From the human T2T-CHM13v2.0 reference genome, Homo sapiens: DNA of 64,000 bases. Location of the stretch: the NCBI RefSeq assembly GCF_009914755.1, contig NC_060930.1. One strand, written 5' to 3'. The translations under genes and the position numbers were made by a program. This document shows positions 37,516 to 54,485 of the stretch, one piece after another. Positions within the stretch are counted from its first letter, which is position 1. Each line of letters begins with the position of its first letter. Below the pieces are notes generated by a model. It had not been told where the DNA came from. It did not search any database and was given only the letters and a program-made list of their open reading frames with translations.

Positions 37516-39640
37516 GCTAAATCTCATAAGAAGAGCAAGACTGGTGGCATTTTAACTTGTCCTATTGCCATCCCTCTTTCTGTAGTTCCATAGTAGCCTT
37601 GGAAACCAACAACCTTCAATCATGGTAACCCTGAAAACCAGCAACCTAGCAGTCACTGAAGCAGGCAGAATGGGCTTGGAGTTCCCCTAAATGCTCATCT
37701 TCCATTAGTTATTCTTTGACTTGTCTGGCAGTTTCCTGGAAACCACAGGGGCTCTCAGGGTTGGTCTTTATTGGAACTGACTCAGGGTTCATTTACTGTG
37801 AACAGCCTTTTCTTTGGAGTATTTATGGAAAACAATTAGTGGCAATTGTTTAACATCTCAGGTGCCTGAGGTGATAACATTTGGGGGAAAAAAAGATTAT
37901 AAGGAAAAACTGAGGAATAAGATTTTTTTTTTGACATGGAGTCTTGCTCTGTTGCCCAGGCTGGAGTGCAGTGGCACGACCCTGGCTCACTGCAAACCTC
38001 TGCCTCCTGGGTTCAAGTGATTCTCCTGCCTCAGCCTCCTGAGTAGCTATGATTACAGGCATGTAGCACCATGCCCGGCTAATTACTGTATTTTTAGTAG
38101 AGATGGGGTTTCACCATGTTGACCAGGCTGGTCTCGAACTCCTGGCCTCAAATTATCCGCCCACCTCGGCTTCCCAAAGTGCTGAGATTACAAGCATGAG
38201 CCACCTTGCCCAGCTGGATTAAGAAGTTTATAAGTGTGTTTGGAAAGCTTAATCAGATTTCCCGGAAATGTAGATGACCACATGCATGTACAGGTGACCA
38301 CATGCATGTACAGGCTGTATCCCTGCCCAGAACTATGTGCGTACCCAGGAAAGGTTTGAGAAGACCTTAATCTCTAACCACTGGCAGACCTTGAGGTTCT
38401 GCACAAGCAGAAAGTAAAGACTAAAGCAGAGTTGTCTAGTGTGTGGTACAGCTTTATGGATATGTCCCAACACACACACACAGACCTTTGGCAAAGGCTG
38501 GGAGACTTATCAATTCAAAGCATTTAAGAAAATATCTGTCCATTTATTACCTGATCACTAAGCTAAGAAAGCAGAGGCTATAGTGGCCAAACGTTACAAA
38601 GAATACAGACTTTACAGAATTAATTTAGGAAAGTAACTAGACAAACAGGAGCAACAGCAATTGCAAGAATAAATTCTGGGGAAGAGGGGGAATCTGATTT
38701 CCAGAGTTGCCACATTTTATTATTTAAAACATCTAGTTTTCAATAAAAGTGTATAAGATATGCAGAGAAACAGGAAAAATAACCTATACACCGTGGGGGC
38801 TGGGTGGGGGGAAGCAATGAATAGAAACTGTCAGGAAGCCCTGATGTTGGATTTACTAGACAAAGACTTTAAATAGGATAGTATAAATGTGTTCAAACAA
38901 TTAAAGAAAACTATATCTAGAGAACTAAAGAAGAGCATGAGAATAATGTCTCACTAGAAAATATTGATACAAAGATACAATTATAAATGAGGACCAAACA
39001 GAAATTCCAGAGTTGAAAAGTACAATAACTGAAATGAAAAATTCACTAGAGGAGCTCAATAGTAGATTCAAGCTAGCAGAAAGAAATATCAGCAAACTGG
39101 AAGAAAGGTCAATTGAGATGCCCCAATATGAAAAACAGAGAGAAAAAGAATAAAGAAAATGAAGAGTTTCAGAGATCTGTGAAACACCATGAAGTGTACT
39201 ATCATACATATAAAATAAATCAAAGAAGCAGAGGGGAGAGACCTAAAAAGAATACTGGAAGAAAAAAAGGCCAAAACTCCCCAAATTTGTGAAAAACATT
39301 AATCTACACATTTTAGAAGCTCAGCAGACTCAAAATACGAGAAACTCAAAAAGATTTGCACCTAGACACATTATAATCAAATTGTTGAAAGCGAAGGACA
39401 AACAGAATCTTGAAAGCAGTGAGAGAGAAGTAATTCATCACATATAAGGGATCCTCGGTAAAACTAACAGCTGATTTCTCATTAATGTCAGTATCTTGAT
39501 TGTGATATTTTCTATAGTTTTACAAATAGGAGAAATTTTACAAATTGGGAGGAAACTGGGTAAAGTGTACACAGGATCTCTTTCTATTATTTCTTACAGC
39601 TGCATGTGAATCTATAATTATCTCAAAATTTAATTAAACA
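35850..39640 (+). mobile_element. L1MC/MD-type ORF2-3' UTR relic interrupted at 37317-39480 by an L1 5' UTR/ORF1 segment, which contains (CA)n at 37470-37513 and an AluS (-, 37923-38215)
   Basis: ORF2-like nucleotides (ctgatttttgacaaaggtgcaaaagcaattcaatg), ORF1-like gaaattccagagttgaaaagtacaataactgaaatgaaaaattcactagagg, and duplicated attaatgtca(a/g)tat at the junctions. Confidence 0.8.
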
Positions 39641-40384
39641 TACTCCTGAAACAATACTTCAATCCAAGATGAAATTGTAATAAAAGTGTAAAAAATATTT
39701 AGAAATGAACAATAATAAAAATACTGTGTATCAAGACTTGGGAAACAAAATAGTAGTGGTAATTCAAGGTAAACTTATATAGTCTTGTATGCTTATATTG
39801 GAAATTAAAACCTGAAAATGACATAATTAAGCACCCAACCGATGACAGTAGAAAATAAAGAATGAACTCAAAGAAAGTAAAAGGAAGCACATAAAAATTA
39901 TTAAAGCAACAATCAAGAAAATACAATAGCCACGCACAGTAGTGTGTACCTGTAGTCCTGACTACTTGGGAGGCTGAGGTGAGAGGACCATTGGAGCCCA
40001 GAAATTTGAGTCCAGTCTGGATAACACAGTGAGATACCACCTATAAAAACAAAATAAAATGAGATATTTTTAAAAAGTATTTTAAAAAGTACAATAGAGG
40101 GGATCAACAAATTCAAAGCTTGTTACATAGGGAAGAAACTAATAAAATTGACAAACTACAGGGGGCAGGGGGAGGGGAGAAGAGAGAGGGAGAAAAAATA
40201 TTAGTAATGCAAAGGGGGACATAACTACAGAAGGATCAGAGATGAAAAAAAAAGTTTTTTAAAACTTAGATGAACAAAATCCTAGGAAAACATACTTCAA
40301 GAAGAAATAAGTCCTATGACCAGTAAAGAAATTGAAGTTAATAAAAATCTTCTTACAATGAAGCCATCAGGATTAAATAATTTA

Positions 40385-40832
40385 TATGATCTGAATGTCC
40401 CCTAAAACTCATATTGTTTCAAGTTGAAGCAGTCTCACCAATATAATAGTATTAAGAGGTAGGTAATTCTTCTGTGTCAAAACAGGGGGGATAATAAAAC
40501 AAAGAGGTAACCCCTTTAGGTAATGATTAATTCATGAAGTGGAGTCCTCATGAATGGGATTAGTGACTTTATAAAAGGGCCCAAAGAACTAGTCAGTTCC
40601 TTTTGCCCTTTCATCTCTTCTGCCATGTGAGGACATAGTGTTCATCCCCTGAAAGAGGCAGCAACAAGGCGCTAACTTGAAAGCAGAAACTAGGTCCTCA
40701 CCAGGCACCAAACCTGCTGGCACCTTGATCTTGGACTTTCCAGCCCCCAGAACTGTGAGAAAATAAATTTCATTTCTTCATAAATTACCCAGTGTCAGGT
40801 ATTTTGTTACAGCAGCAGAAACACAGTAAGAT
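40385..40832 (+). mobile_element. MaLR solo LTR (MSTD/MLT1A-like)
   Basis: gccatgtgaggacatag...ccttgatcttggactttccagcccccagaactgtgagaaaataaatttc. Confidence 0.85.
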
Positions 40833-41184
40833 AGTGAGTTCTACCAACTTTTCAATAAACAGCTTATTCCAATGTTATACAAACTCTTATAGAAAATAGA
40901 AAAAGAGAAAATATTCTCGACTCATTTATGAGGTAAATAAAACTTGATTCCCTAAACAATCTAATTATAGACAATCTCACTTTGGAGCCTATATGTAAAA
41001 ATATTAAAGTATTAGCAAACCAAATCAGTGAGATATTTTAAAAAGGTAATAAATAATGAGAAAGTCAGGCTAATCCAGGGATGCAAGAATGGTTTAATAC
41101 ATATATTTTTTGTAAGCAGAATTTTCCATTGCTAAGAGAATGGTTTAATATTAGGGAAACAATTATTCACATTAAAGATTAAAG

Positions 41185-42093
41185 GGGTACTTGGTATGGA
41201 AAAAAACAAACTCAGTTTCTCCTACTATACCCTCACAACACAGAACACTTCCGTGACTCCAGATGTGTGGGGGTTTATACCCACACATCAAGCAAGCAAT
41301 CAGTTCTGCAGCAGATAACATCTGAGTGTCTTTTAGTTCTATTTGATTCTGACACTATCCACCCGGAGTTCTCTACCCATAGGTTGAGAGATCAGTCCCA
41401 CAAGACTCCTCTCCACTTTGGATGCAAGTTGCAAGCATAGATTGTGCTTACATTGTGCAACCTGAGTTTCTGACCAATTGGCTATAAATTGAGGATTCCC
41501 ATGACTCCCTCCTTGGGTTTGATTAATTTGCTAGAACAGCTCACTCAGCTCAGGCAAACACTTTACTTACATTCATCCATTTATTATAAAAGATATTACA
41601 AAGGATATAGATAACAGCCAAATGGAAGAGATGCATAGGGTGAGGTATGAGAGAAGGGGCATGAAGCTTCCATGCTCTCTCCAGGCCTGCCACTTTCCAG
41701 GAATCTCTACATGTTCAGCTATCTGGAAGTTCTCTAAACCCAGTCCTTTTGGGTTTTTATGGAAGCTTCATTACATATGCATGACTGATTAAATCATTAG
41801 CCATTGGTGATCAACTTGAGTTTCAGCTTCTCTCCCCTCCTTGGATGTTGGGAGGTGGGGCTAAATATCCCAACTCTCTAATAATGCCTTGGTCTTTCCT
41901 GTGACCAGCCCCCATCCTGAAGCTACCTATGAGCTGCCAGCCACTAGTCATCTCACTAGCATACAAAACATCCCCTTATCAATTATCATTATCACCCCCT
42001 TATCATGAAATCCCCTTCAGGGATTTCAAGGGTTTTAGGGACTGTATGTCAGGAAACAAGAATAAAGACCAAATATATACTTCACGATATCAC
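41185..42093 (+). mobile_element. MER21 LTR inserted in an L1 ORF2 relic
   Basis: cacaacacagaacacttccgtgactccagatgtgtgggggttt...ttgattaatttgctagaacagctcac...gatatcaca. Confidence 0.8.
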
Positions 42094-42286
42094 AAGGAGA
42101 AAACCAATTATTATCTCAATAGATGCAGAGAAAGCATTTGATAAAATTCAACATCTGTGATGATAAAACAATTAAAAGTAGAAATGATTTTCCTTAATTT
42201 ATTAAAGAGTATCTAACATACCTTTATAGAAAACATCATTCTTGATAGGGAAATGTCAGAAGCATTCCTCTTAACTATGTAACCAG

Positions 42287-42657
42287 GGCTGGGCATGGTG
42301 GGAGGCTGAGGCAGGAGGACTGCTTGAGCCCAGGAGTTCAAAATCAGACTGGGCAACATAGTGAGACCCTGTCTCTACAAAAAATACACAAATTTAGGCA
42401 GGTGTGGTGGCATGCACCTGTAGTCCCAGCTACTCAGGAGGCTGAGGTGGGAGGATTGCTTGAGCCCAGGAGGTCAAGGCTGCAATGAGCTGTGATCACA
42501 CTAGCGCACTCCAGCCTGGGTGGCAGAGCAAGACCCTGTCTCAAATAAATAAATTAATTAAATAAATAACAAGATAAGGATTTATACTATCACTTTTTCT
42601 ATCCAATATTGTGCTGAAAGTTGGGGTGAGGGGAGAGGGGAAGAGAGAGAGAGAGAA

Positions 42658-42688
<31 letters not shown>

Positions 42689-45010
42689 TGATACCATATA
42701 CATCCAGTGGACCCCAGGCTCTGGCTTGTCCCTTTAGACCCAGGCACCAGGCCTGCCTGCCCACTGATTCAGACACTAGGCCATGCTGTCCAGGGACTCC
42801 AGCAATAAGCCTTCTCGTAGACCCCACCAGCTGGCCTGCCCAGAATCTCTGGACAAGCTGACTGGTGAAGGGCTTTCCCTGCTGAAGCCAGTGTGCAAAG
42901 ACTGAAAGAGATGCCTACTTCTTCAAACGCACAGACATCAACACAAGGCAATGAGGATCACGAATAATCAGGAAAACATGACACCACCACTAAAGGAACA
43001 AAATAAAGCACCAGTAACTAACTCTAAAGAAACAGAGATCTATGAACTGCCTGACAAGAAATTAAAAATAGTAAATTTTAAAGAAGATCAGTGAGCTACA
43101 AGAGAACACAGACAACTAAGCAAAATCAGGAAAACAAGACATAAAGAAAATGAGTGAGATGTTCAACAGAGATAGAAACCATAAAAAGAACCAAACAAAT
43201 TCTGGAGCTGAAAAACACAACACTGAACTGAAAAATTCCACATACAAATTTCAATAGCAGTTTCCATCAAACAGAAGAAAAAAATCTGTGAGTTCAAAAA
43301 CAGGACATTTGAAATTACTAAGCCAGGGAAACAAAAAGAAAAAAGAATGGAAAAGAATGAAGAAAGCCCATGGGACTTGTGGGATACTGTCCAGTGAACC
43401 AATGTATGTATTATGGGATTCCCAGAAGAAGAGAAAGATAAAGGGACAGAAATAATATTTAAAGAAATAACGAGAGAGAGCTTCCCAAATCTGGAGAAGG
43501 AATGAACATCCAGGTCCATTAATTCCCCCAAAAACCCAGATAGTTAAACACAAAGAGATTTTTTACCGAGACACACTGTAATCAAATTCCCAAAGAGAGC
43601 ATTTTGAAAAGGGCAAAAGAAAAAGACTTGTCACGTTCAAAGAAACTCCGTAACACTATGAGTGAACTTCCCAGCAGAAACCCTGTAGGCTAGGAGAGAC
43701 TAAGATGATATATTCAAAGTGCTGAAAGAAAACAACAACAATAAAAACTGCCAACTCCAGCAAAGCTATCCTTCACAAATCAAGGAGATATAAAGACTTC
43801 CCCAGACAAATAAAAACTGAGGAAGTTCATCACCACTAGACCTGCCTTACAAATGCTAAGGAAAGTTCTTCAAAGTGAAACAAAAGGACTTATGTCAAAG
43901 AGGTACCTGCACTCCACTATTTATGGCCACACTATTGACAACAGCCAAGATTTGGAATCAAAGTTTCCACCAATGGATAAATGGATAAAGAAAATGTGAT
44001 AAACACACACAATGAAATATTATTCAGCCTTAAACAGAAGGAAATCCACCAGGAATGATGGCTCATGCCTGCAATCCCAGCAGTTTGAAGTGGGAGGATT
44101 GCTTGAGCTCAGGAGTTTGAGTTCAGTCTTGGCAACCTAGTGAGACCTCATCTGTAAAAAAATTTTTTAAAAAATAGCCAGGTGTTGTGGCTCACACCTG
44201 TAGTCTTAATTACTTGGGAGGCTGAGATGGGAGGATCACTTGAGCCCAGGAGATGAATCCAGCCTTGGGCAACATAGCAAGACCCTGTCTCTAAAAAAAT
44301 TTAAAGAAGGAAATGCTGTCATTTGTGAAAACATGGATGAACCTTGCAGAGTTCCCAGATTCCCCTGCTTTCTTTCTTTGTTTTGACTCAGAGACAGAGT
44401 GCCTTGACCATTCTATGGCCTGGCCAGCTGCATGTTTTCTCCTATGGGCTTGAACCCAAGCTGGGACCTTGAACATCTCCATGAACTGATAAATTTGTAT
44501 AGGTTGTTGTCCAAAACACTGAAACATCAACATATTGCCAAATATGTAGAAAATAGCCTTGGCCCTGAGCCAAACTCCTTAACCCCCCCCCCCCCCATAT
44601 AAACTTTATAATCCAACCTCTTTGTTGACATACCTAGGTAGAACATCTTTTTTCTCACTGTCCATCATGAGGACTGCTGATGCACTCTGTACATAAGTTC
44701 CCCCTGATTAATGCTTTGGACTGATCATTCTGGCATTTAATGCTTCTTTCTTTGGAAGCCCTACTCTCTCCATGTCAGGATGGTTTGGTCAGTCCCTTGC
44801 AGGAACTTCTCTGCTGCCACTTTTGTGGCAACTTCAGCACTGGACTTGACTGGATAGAACAAATGTGGAGGACATTATGCTAAGTGAAATAAGCCAAAGA
44901 CAGGCTTGTGGTAATCATTTCACAATGTATACAAATATCAAAACATCACATTGTATACCTTAAATATGTACAATTTTTACTTGTCAATTATATCTCAGTA
45001 AAGCTGGGGG
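42287..45010 (+). mobile_element. AluJ (42287-42570), (GA)n (42641-42686), L1 ORF1 and 3' relics (42700-45010), Alu (44047-44298), LTR47-like solo LTR (~44345-44860)
   Basis: Alu consensus; ORF1-like aaagaaccaaacaaattctggagctgaaaaac; LTR-like gagtgccttgaccattctatggcctggccagctgcatgtttt (family name tentative). Confidence 0.7.
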
Positions 45011-45354
45011 AAAAAGAAATTAAAGGTCTAATGTTTGAAAGAGAGGATTAAAACTATTATTCGCAAATATATAATTCTATAGAGAAAACTCTTAACCTGC
45101 CAAATTATTAGAATACAGGTTAGCAAGGTGGCTAAATATAAAATGAATATGCAAAAATTAATTATATCTTCAATACAACTAACAGGAGAAAAATTTAAGA
45201 TACTACTTACATTATAGGCAGTGGTGGCAATGATCAGGCTAGATTATATTTGCTTTATAGCTTCCTCCTCCAGTCTCCTGTCAATTCTGTGAGCCCTCCT
45301 TAAACCCTTCCAATAAATTATTTTTGTGCTTGAGGCACAAAAAGGTTGAATTAA

Positions 45355-46612
<1,258 letters not shown>

Positions 46613-46632
46613 TCTGTATTTCTTTTCCATGT

Positions 46633-47005
46633 GTGACATGGTCTGGCTGTGTCCCCACTCAAATCTCATCGTGTAGTTCCCATAATCCCCATGTGTCACA
46701 GGAGGGACCCAGTGAGAGGTAACTGAATCATGGGGCAGTTACCCTCATGCTGTTCTTGTGATAGTGAGTGAGTTATCATGGGATCTGATGGGTTTATATG
46801 GTGCTTTTTCCCCTTTTGTCCATTCTACTTATTGCTGCTGCTGCCATGTGAAGAAGGATGTGTTTGCTTCCCCTTCTGCCATGATTGCAAGTTTCCTGAG
46901 GCCTCCCCAGCCATGCTGAACTGTGAGTCAATTAAACCTCTTTCCTTCATAAATTACCCAGTCTTGGGCAGTTCTTTATAGCAGCATGAGAACAGACTAA
47001 AACAA
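46633..47005 (+). mobile_element. THE1/MSTA solo LTR
   Basis: tgacatggtctggctgtgtcccc...gaggcctccccagccatgctgaactgtgagtcaattaaacctc...gactaaaaca. Confidence 0.9.
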
Positions 47006-47286
47006 TGTGAGTTATCTTTCTTGGAATTAGTAATTCTCTAATTTAAAATTTTTATTTTTTATGTATACATTATTAAATCCATCCAGAAACTCTTCATCAA
47101 TATTGAAAAACTTCCTCTCATATGGTCAAATGTATGTGTTAATCTATCCATTCCAATTGTTTCTGGAGTCCTTTGTCTTCCTACTCCAATGGTTTCACTT
47201 GAGACCTGCCACACAATTCTCTTCCTTGAATTTCCCTTCATTGTAATCCTGGGGATATCTTTTGCTTCTTTTTTACATTTAATCCT

Positions 47287-47897
47287 GTATTAGTCCATTC
47301 TCACATTGCTATAAAGAAATATCTGAAACTGGTTTATATATATATATAATATATTAAATATATAATATATATAAAAATATATATTATATAAAATATATTA
47401 TATAAAATAAATATATAATATATTATATAATATATTATATATATAATATATAATATATATTAAATAATATATTATATATATAATATATAATATATATTAA
47501 ATAATATATTATATATATAATATATAATATATGTTAAATATATAATATATATTAAATAGATATATGAGGTTTAATTGGCTCACAGTTCTGCAGGCTATAT
47601 ACAGGAAACATGGTGGCATCTGCTTCTGGGGAGGCCTCAGGAAACTTACAATCATGGAGGAAGGCAAAGGGGAAGCCCACACTATACATGGCTGGAGCAG
47701 GAAGAAGGGTGGGAGCAGGTGCCACACATTTTTAAACAACCAGATCTCATGAGAACGCATTATTGTGATGATAGTACCAAGGGGAAGCAGAAAATCTGCC
47801 CCCATGATCCAATCACCTCCCACCCAGGCCCCACCTCCAACACTGGAGATTACAATTTGACATGAGATTTCGGCAGGGACTCAGCTCCAAAGCCATT
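47287..47897 (-). mobile_element. MSTA-like solo LTR with a ~230-bp interrupted (TA)n expansion (47335-47565)
   Basis: tgtattagtccattctcacattgctataaagaaa [TA tract] gaggtttaattggctcacagttctgcagg. Confidence 0.88.
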
Positions 47898-47899
47898 TC

Positions 47900-50140
<2,241 letters not shown>

Positions 50141-51943
50141 CTAGCAAAATTCTAAAATAAACCTGGCTTCCAGTGTTTTGCAATGTGATTGGGGGAAGAG
50201 GCAGGACCACTAAGAATTTTGATCTATGAAACATTTATTTCAACTAAAAGGATGGACTGACTAGAAATGTTTTCATGAAATTTTCTCTTAGCCCCCTTCT
50301 GCACCACCAGATTCCAGCAATTTGTACCAGATTTCCCCTCCCTCATCAGTCTAGGGAAGAACATGTGATGGTGATGATTGGGGCTCGGGGGAGCATCTTA
50401 TTATTTAGTATGCAGAGATTCCCTTTAATTTCCGTTTTCAGTATGACACTTCATCGCTGTCTTCATTGGTTCCTGGTGGCCCCAAGTCTAGAACTTCTTT
50501 AGTTCAATTTCTTGAGATAGTAAATCTCACCTGCTGTTGTTTTCCCTCATTCTCTTTGTTCTTGTGGATTTCATTGTCTTGTGGATTTTTTTATCCTTTA
50601 CTAACATTATTGAAGTTAGGGGAGGGAGTGGGGACCAATGCATGTTGTCAAGCCAGACATTATTTTAACCATGCAATCATTAAACTTTTCCAGAAATGTC
50701 CCACTCATTGTGGACTACTCTTTCTACAATGTACAATGTAAATTGTAAATTGAATTTAAATTTGCCATCATTTCATTGTTTTCTATTTGTTTCACCTTTA
50801 CTATATTTCCTTTTCTTTCCTTGACTTCTTTTAGGTTGGTCGAATTTTTTATTCTTTTTTTACTCTGTACTAGTTTGTGAGTTACATCCTCATTTTTTCA
50901 TTCTTTTAATGTTAATGATTAGTCTAAAAATTGCAACAGGTATGCTTTATCAACTTAATTGTGGTAAAATTTATGTAAAATAAAAGACAGCTACTCTGTA
51001 CAGTTTAAGTTTTGGCAAATGTATATATACCTGTTTCTCCACCACTGCCATCAACTTACAGAATGTTTCTATCACTCCAAAAAGTTTCCTCATGCCCTTT
51101 ATAGTCCCTCCTCCCCTTCACATCCAGGAAGCCACCAATCTGCTATCATTATAGAGCAGTTTGCATTTTCCAGAATTTCATATAAATGGAAACATGTATT
51201 TTATTATTATAGGTATTCTGGAGTAATCAAAAGCTAATATTAATCCTTTAACTTTACCTTTTTCTCAGAGTATTTTAATCCTGGAATTCTCTAAAATCCT
51301 CTAATTCACTGTTTCTCAACTTTAATATGCATATAAATTACTTATGGAAATCTTGTCAAAATGCAGGTTCTAGTTTAGTATGTGCTATTATTTTTGTGTA
51401 TTTTCTCTCCCTTTAGTAAAATTATGCCAAGAAGATGGCTACTTTTAGGGTTGGTACTTCTGCTAAAATATGGAATTATATTTTATAGTGTCCTGGCTTC
51501 ACTCACAGTTAAGAGTTTAGGATTTAATAGAAATCCTAATTAAAGGTTGAAAAGATAAGACATTAGATCAAGTTGAACAATTTATACTTGTCACATACTA
51601 CTTGCTTTCATGCTTGCTTGGTTTAGCATTCCACTGAGTATATGGTAAAATGTTCTAGCTAGAATTCAAGTTCAGAAGATAATGCAAGCCACACTGGATA
51701 GCTAATTTAAACCATACCGTATCACACTCTCTTGCCTGACTAGAACTTAAAGCATGGAACTATTGAAGTCATTTCCCTGTTCCAAAAATCATCAGGGTCT
51801 CCTGCCCCTTCATGTCTAGCTCCCTACCCAACCAACAGTCTCCATGCTCTGACTTTACCTTACCAGCCTTCTCTCTCATATCCCTCATTTTTGGGTCAAT
51901 GGGTAACCCACTGTTTCCTGAAACAATCTTATGGCATTCCATG

Positions 51944-52318
51944 TGTTAAAGAAAAGACAGCAGACCCCAAATGGAGTCATTCATGCTGAGAGGTTCCATG
52001 ACACCAAACCAAAACCTGTATTTTACTGTAAGATCTGACTCTTCAAGAAATCAGGAGAGAGATGATAGTCAAATCCCATTAAACCAACAAGATTTCATTT
52101 ACATTCCTATAAAGAAAAATAATCTTGAAAAGACCAATCTGCTATTTGCTCATTGTTCCTGATTTATTTCACTTCTTTCTGCCTATAAAACTCACCTACT
52201 TGTTTAGCTCATAGGAACTCCTTTCTATTTTGTAGACTGGATGTTGCCCAGTTCATAAACAGCTAATAAAGCCAATTGGATCTTTGGGACTCATTTGTTG
52301 AAATTTTATTCTTTGATA
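51944..52318 (+). mobile_element. ERV1-class solo LTR, family unresolved
   Basis: TG start, TATA-like cctataaaa, aataaagccaatt and LTR-like layout over ~375 bp. Confidence 0.55.
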
Positions 52319-54070
52319 CGTTCTTCCTCTTTGCTCATGCGGGTGGCTCAGCCTGGACCACACTCCCTCTACCATCTTTCTAGCTGACACACCTACCTGA
52401 GAGCTTTCAGGTAGAGCTCAGATAGCACTTTCTTCACAGAGCCTTCCCTCTTCTCCTAAACAGACGAGCTCACTCCCTCCTCCAAACTTTGGCACTTCGT
52501 TTGCATCTCTCTTGAAGTGCTTATATTGTAGCACGTTCCAGTTATAAATACCCTTGCTTTATACTGTGATTAGAATCTAAATGCCTTCAAGTCTGCAAGC
52601 ATACTCTTTTCACCTTTGTGGCCTTTACAGCCATAAAATAGAACCTTACCAGCAGCTCACAAATAGTAATTGAATAAATATGTATTTCAGTGTGACCAAA
52701 AGAGGTTCCAGAGAACTTGAGCTGATTTCATCATTTCTTCAATCCTCAGGTTCCCACCTCCAATAGGAGCTCCCGAGCAACCCTTTGCCACCTCTTAATT
52801 TGCAATGATTGTACCAAACTGTGAGAACCTACAAAGTTTGAACTTAGATTCTTCTTCAATCTTCTCCTTTGTTCTTATGTCCAATCAGACAAAACAGTTG
52901 CTTTGTCATCTGATTTCTGATTTGACCTTTCCTTTTCCTCTTTCTCTAACACATTTTCCATCATTCTGCTTAATGCCTTTTTATTTTCATAATGCCTAAT
53001 TACCTATAGTAAACTCTTCCAGGTTTACCGGATCTCCTGTTCTACTTTCTCCAATACATAAAGAGGATAACAGTAACATTTTATAGAGTTAGTAAGTTGA
53101 TAAATAAGATATGGTGTGCATATTGGACCTAGTTTGTACATGTACCTACTACCCCATTGTACAATCTTCTCCTGCTCATGTCCTCTGGTTTTAGGAGTTG
53201 ATACATGACAAGCAGCATGTCCCTCTGGCCACAGTTATTGGCTCAGGATGGCTGAGAAATTGCAAGATACAGTATGCTGATGACATAATTCGAGTCCTTT
53301 GACTCGATCTTGTCTATAGCTAGATGCACCCCTGGACTTTCTGGTTATGAGAGTTTATTTCCTTTATTAAACTCACTTAAGTTGGTTTTCTGCTAACTGC
53401 AACAAAGATCTTTAATAAATGGAGTATATAAAGCACTAAGCACAGTACCTTGTACATAAGTGTTAGGTATTATTTTTATTATCCCTGTCCCCTTGCCATA
53501 CCTCCTACCCAATTCAATCTTTTTCTTATCATCTGCCCATACATACCAGCTAGGATAATTTCCGCATTATTCCCTGCATATTTTCCCTTTGCCTGGACTG
53601 TCCTGTCACCAACCCAATGTCACTTTACACTCTTTTCACCAGTTCACATCCATCATGATTTAGAACTTGGCTTAAAGAAGTCTCCCATTCTCCAAGAAGC
53701 CTTCTTTGAATAATGGTGGCTCCATACTCTTCACTGCCTTATCTATTTTTTCTTGTATGTGTTTTCTACTTATTTCTACCATTCTGGATTGCACACTACT
53801 CAAGGCAAGAAAAAATATATTCTATCTATACTTATGATCATTAGTCCCTTTCTAGGTTGAGATTTTGTCATTATTTTCCAAAGAACTTGTGCAGTATTAG
53901 ACACACTCTAAGTGGTCAATGAATACGTTTTAGAAATACATAAATGGAATTAAATCTAGAGAGTGTGGTATGTTACTCTATTTAAGACCTGTTGTTAACC
54001 TAGCTAAACTTTTCCCATTTTCCAAGCAAACTTTACATTCTTAAACCATTTTAATTAGTGTAAAAGTATC

Positions 54071-54485
<415 letters not shown>

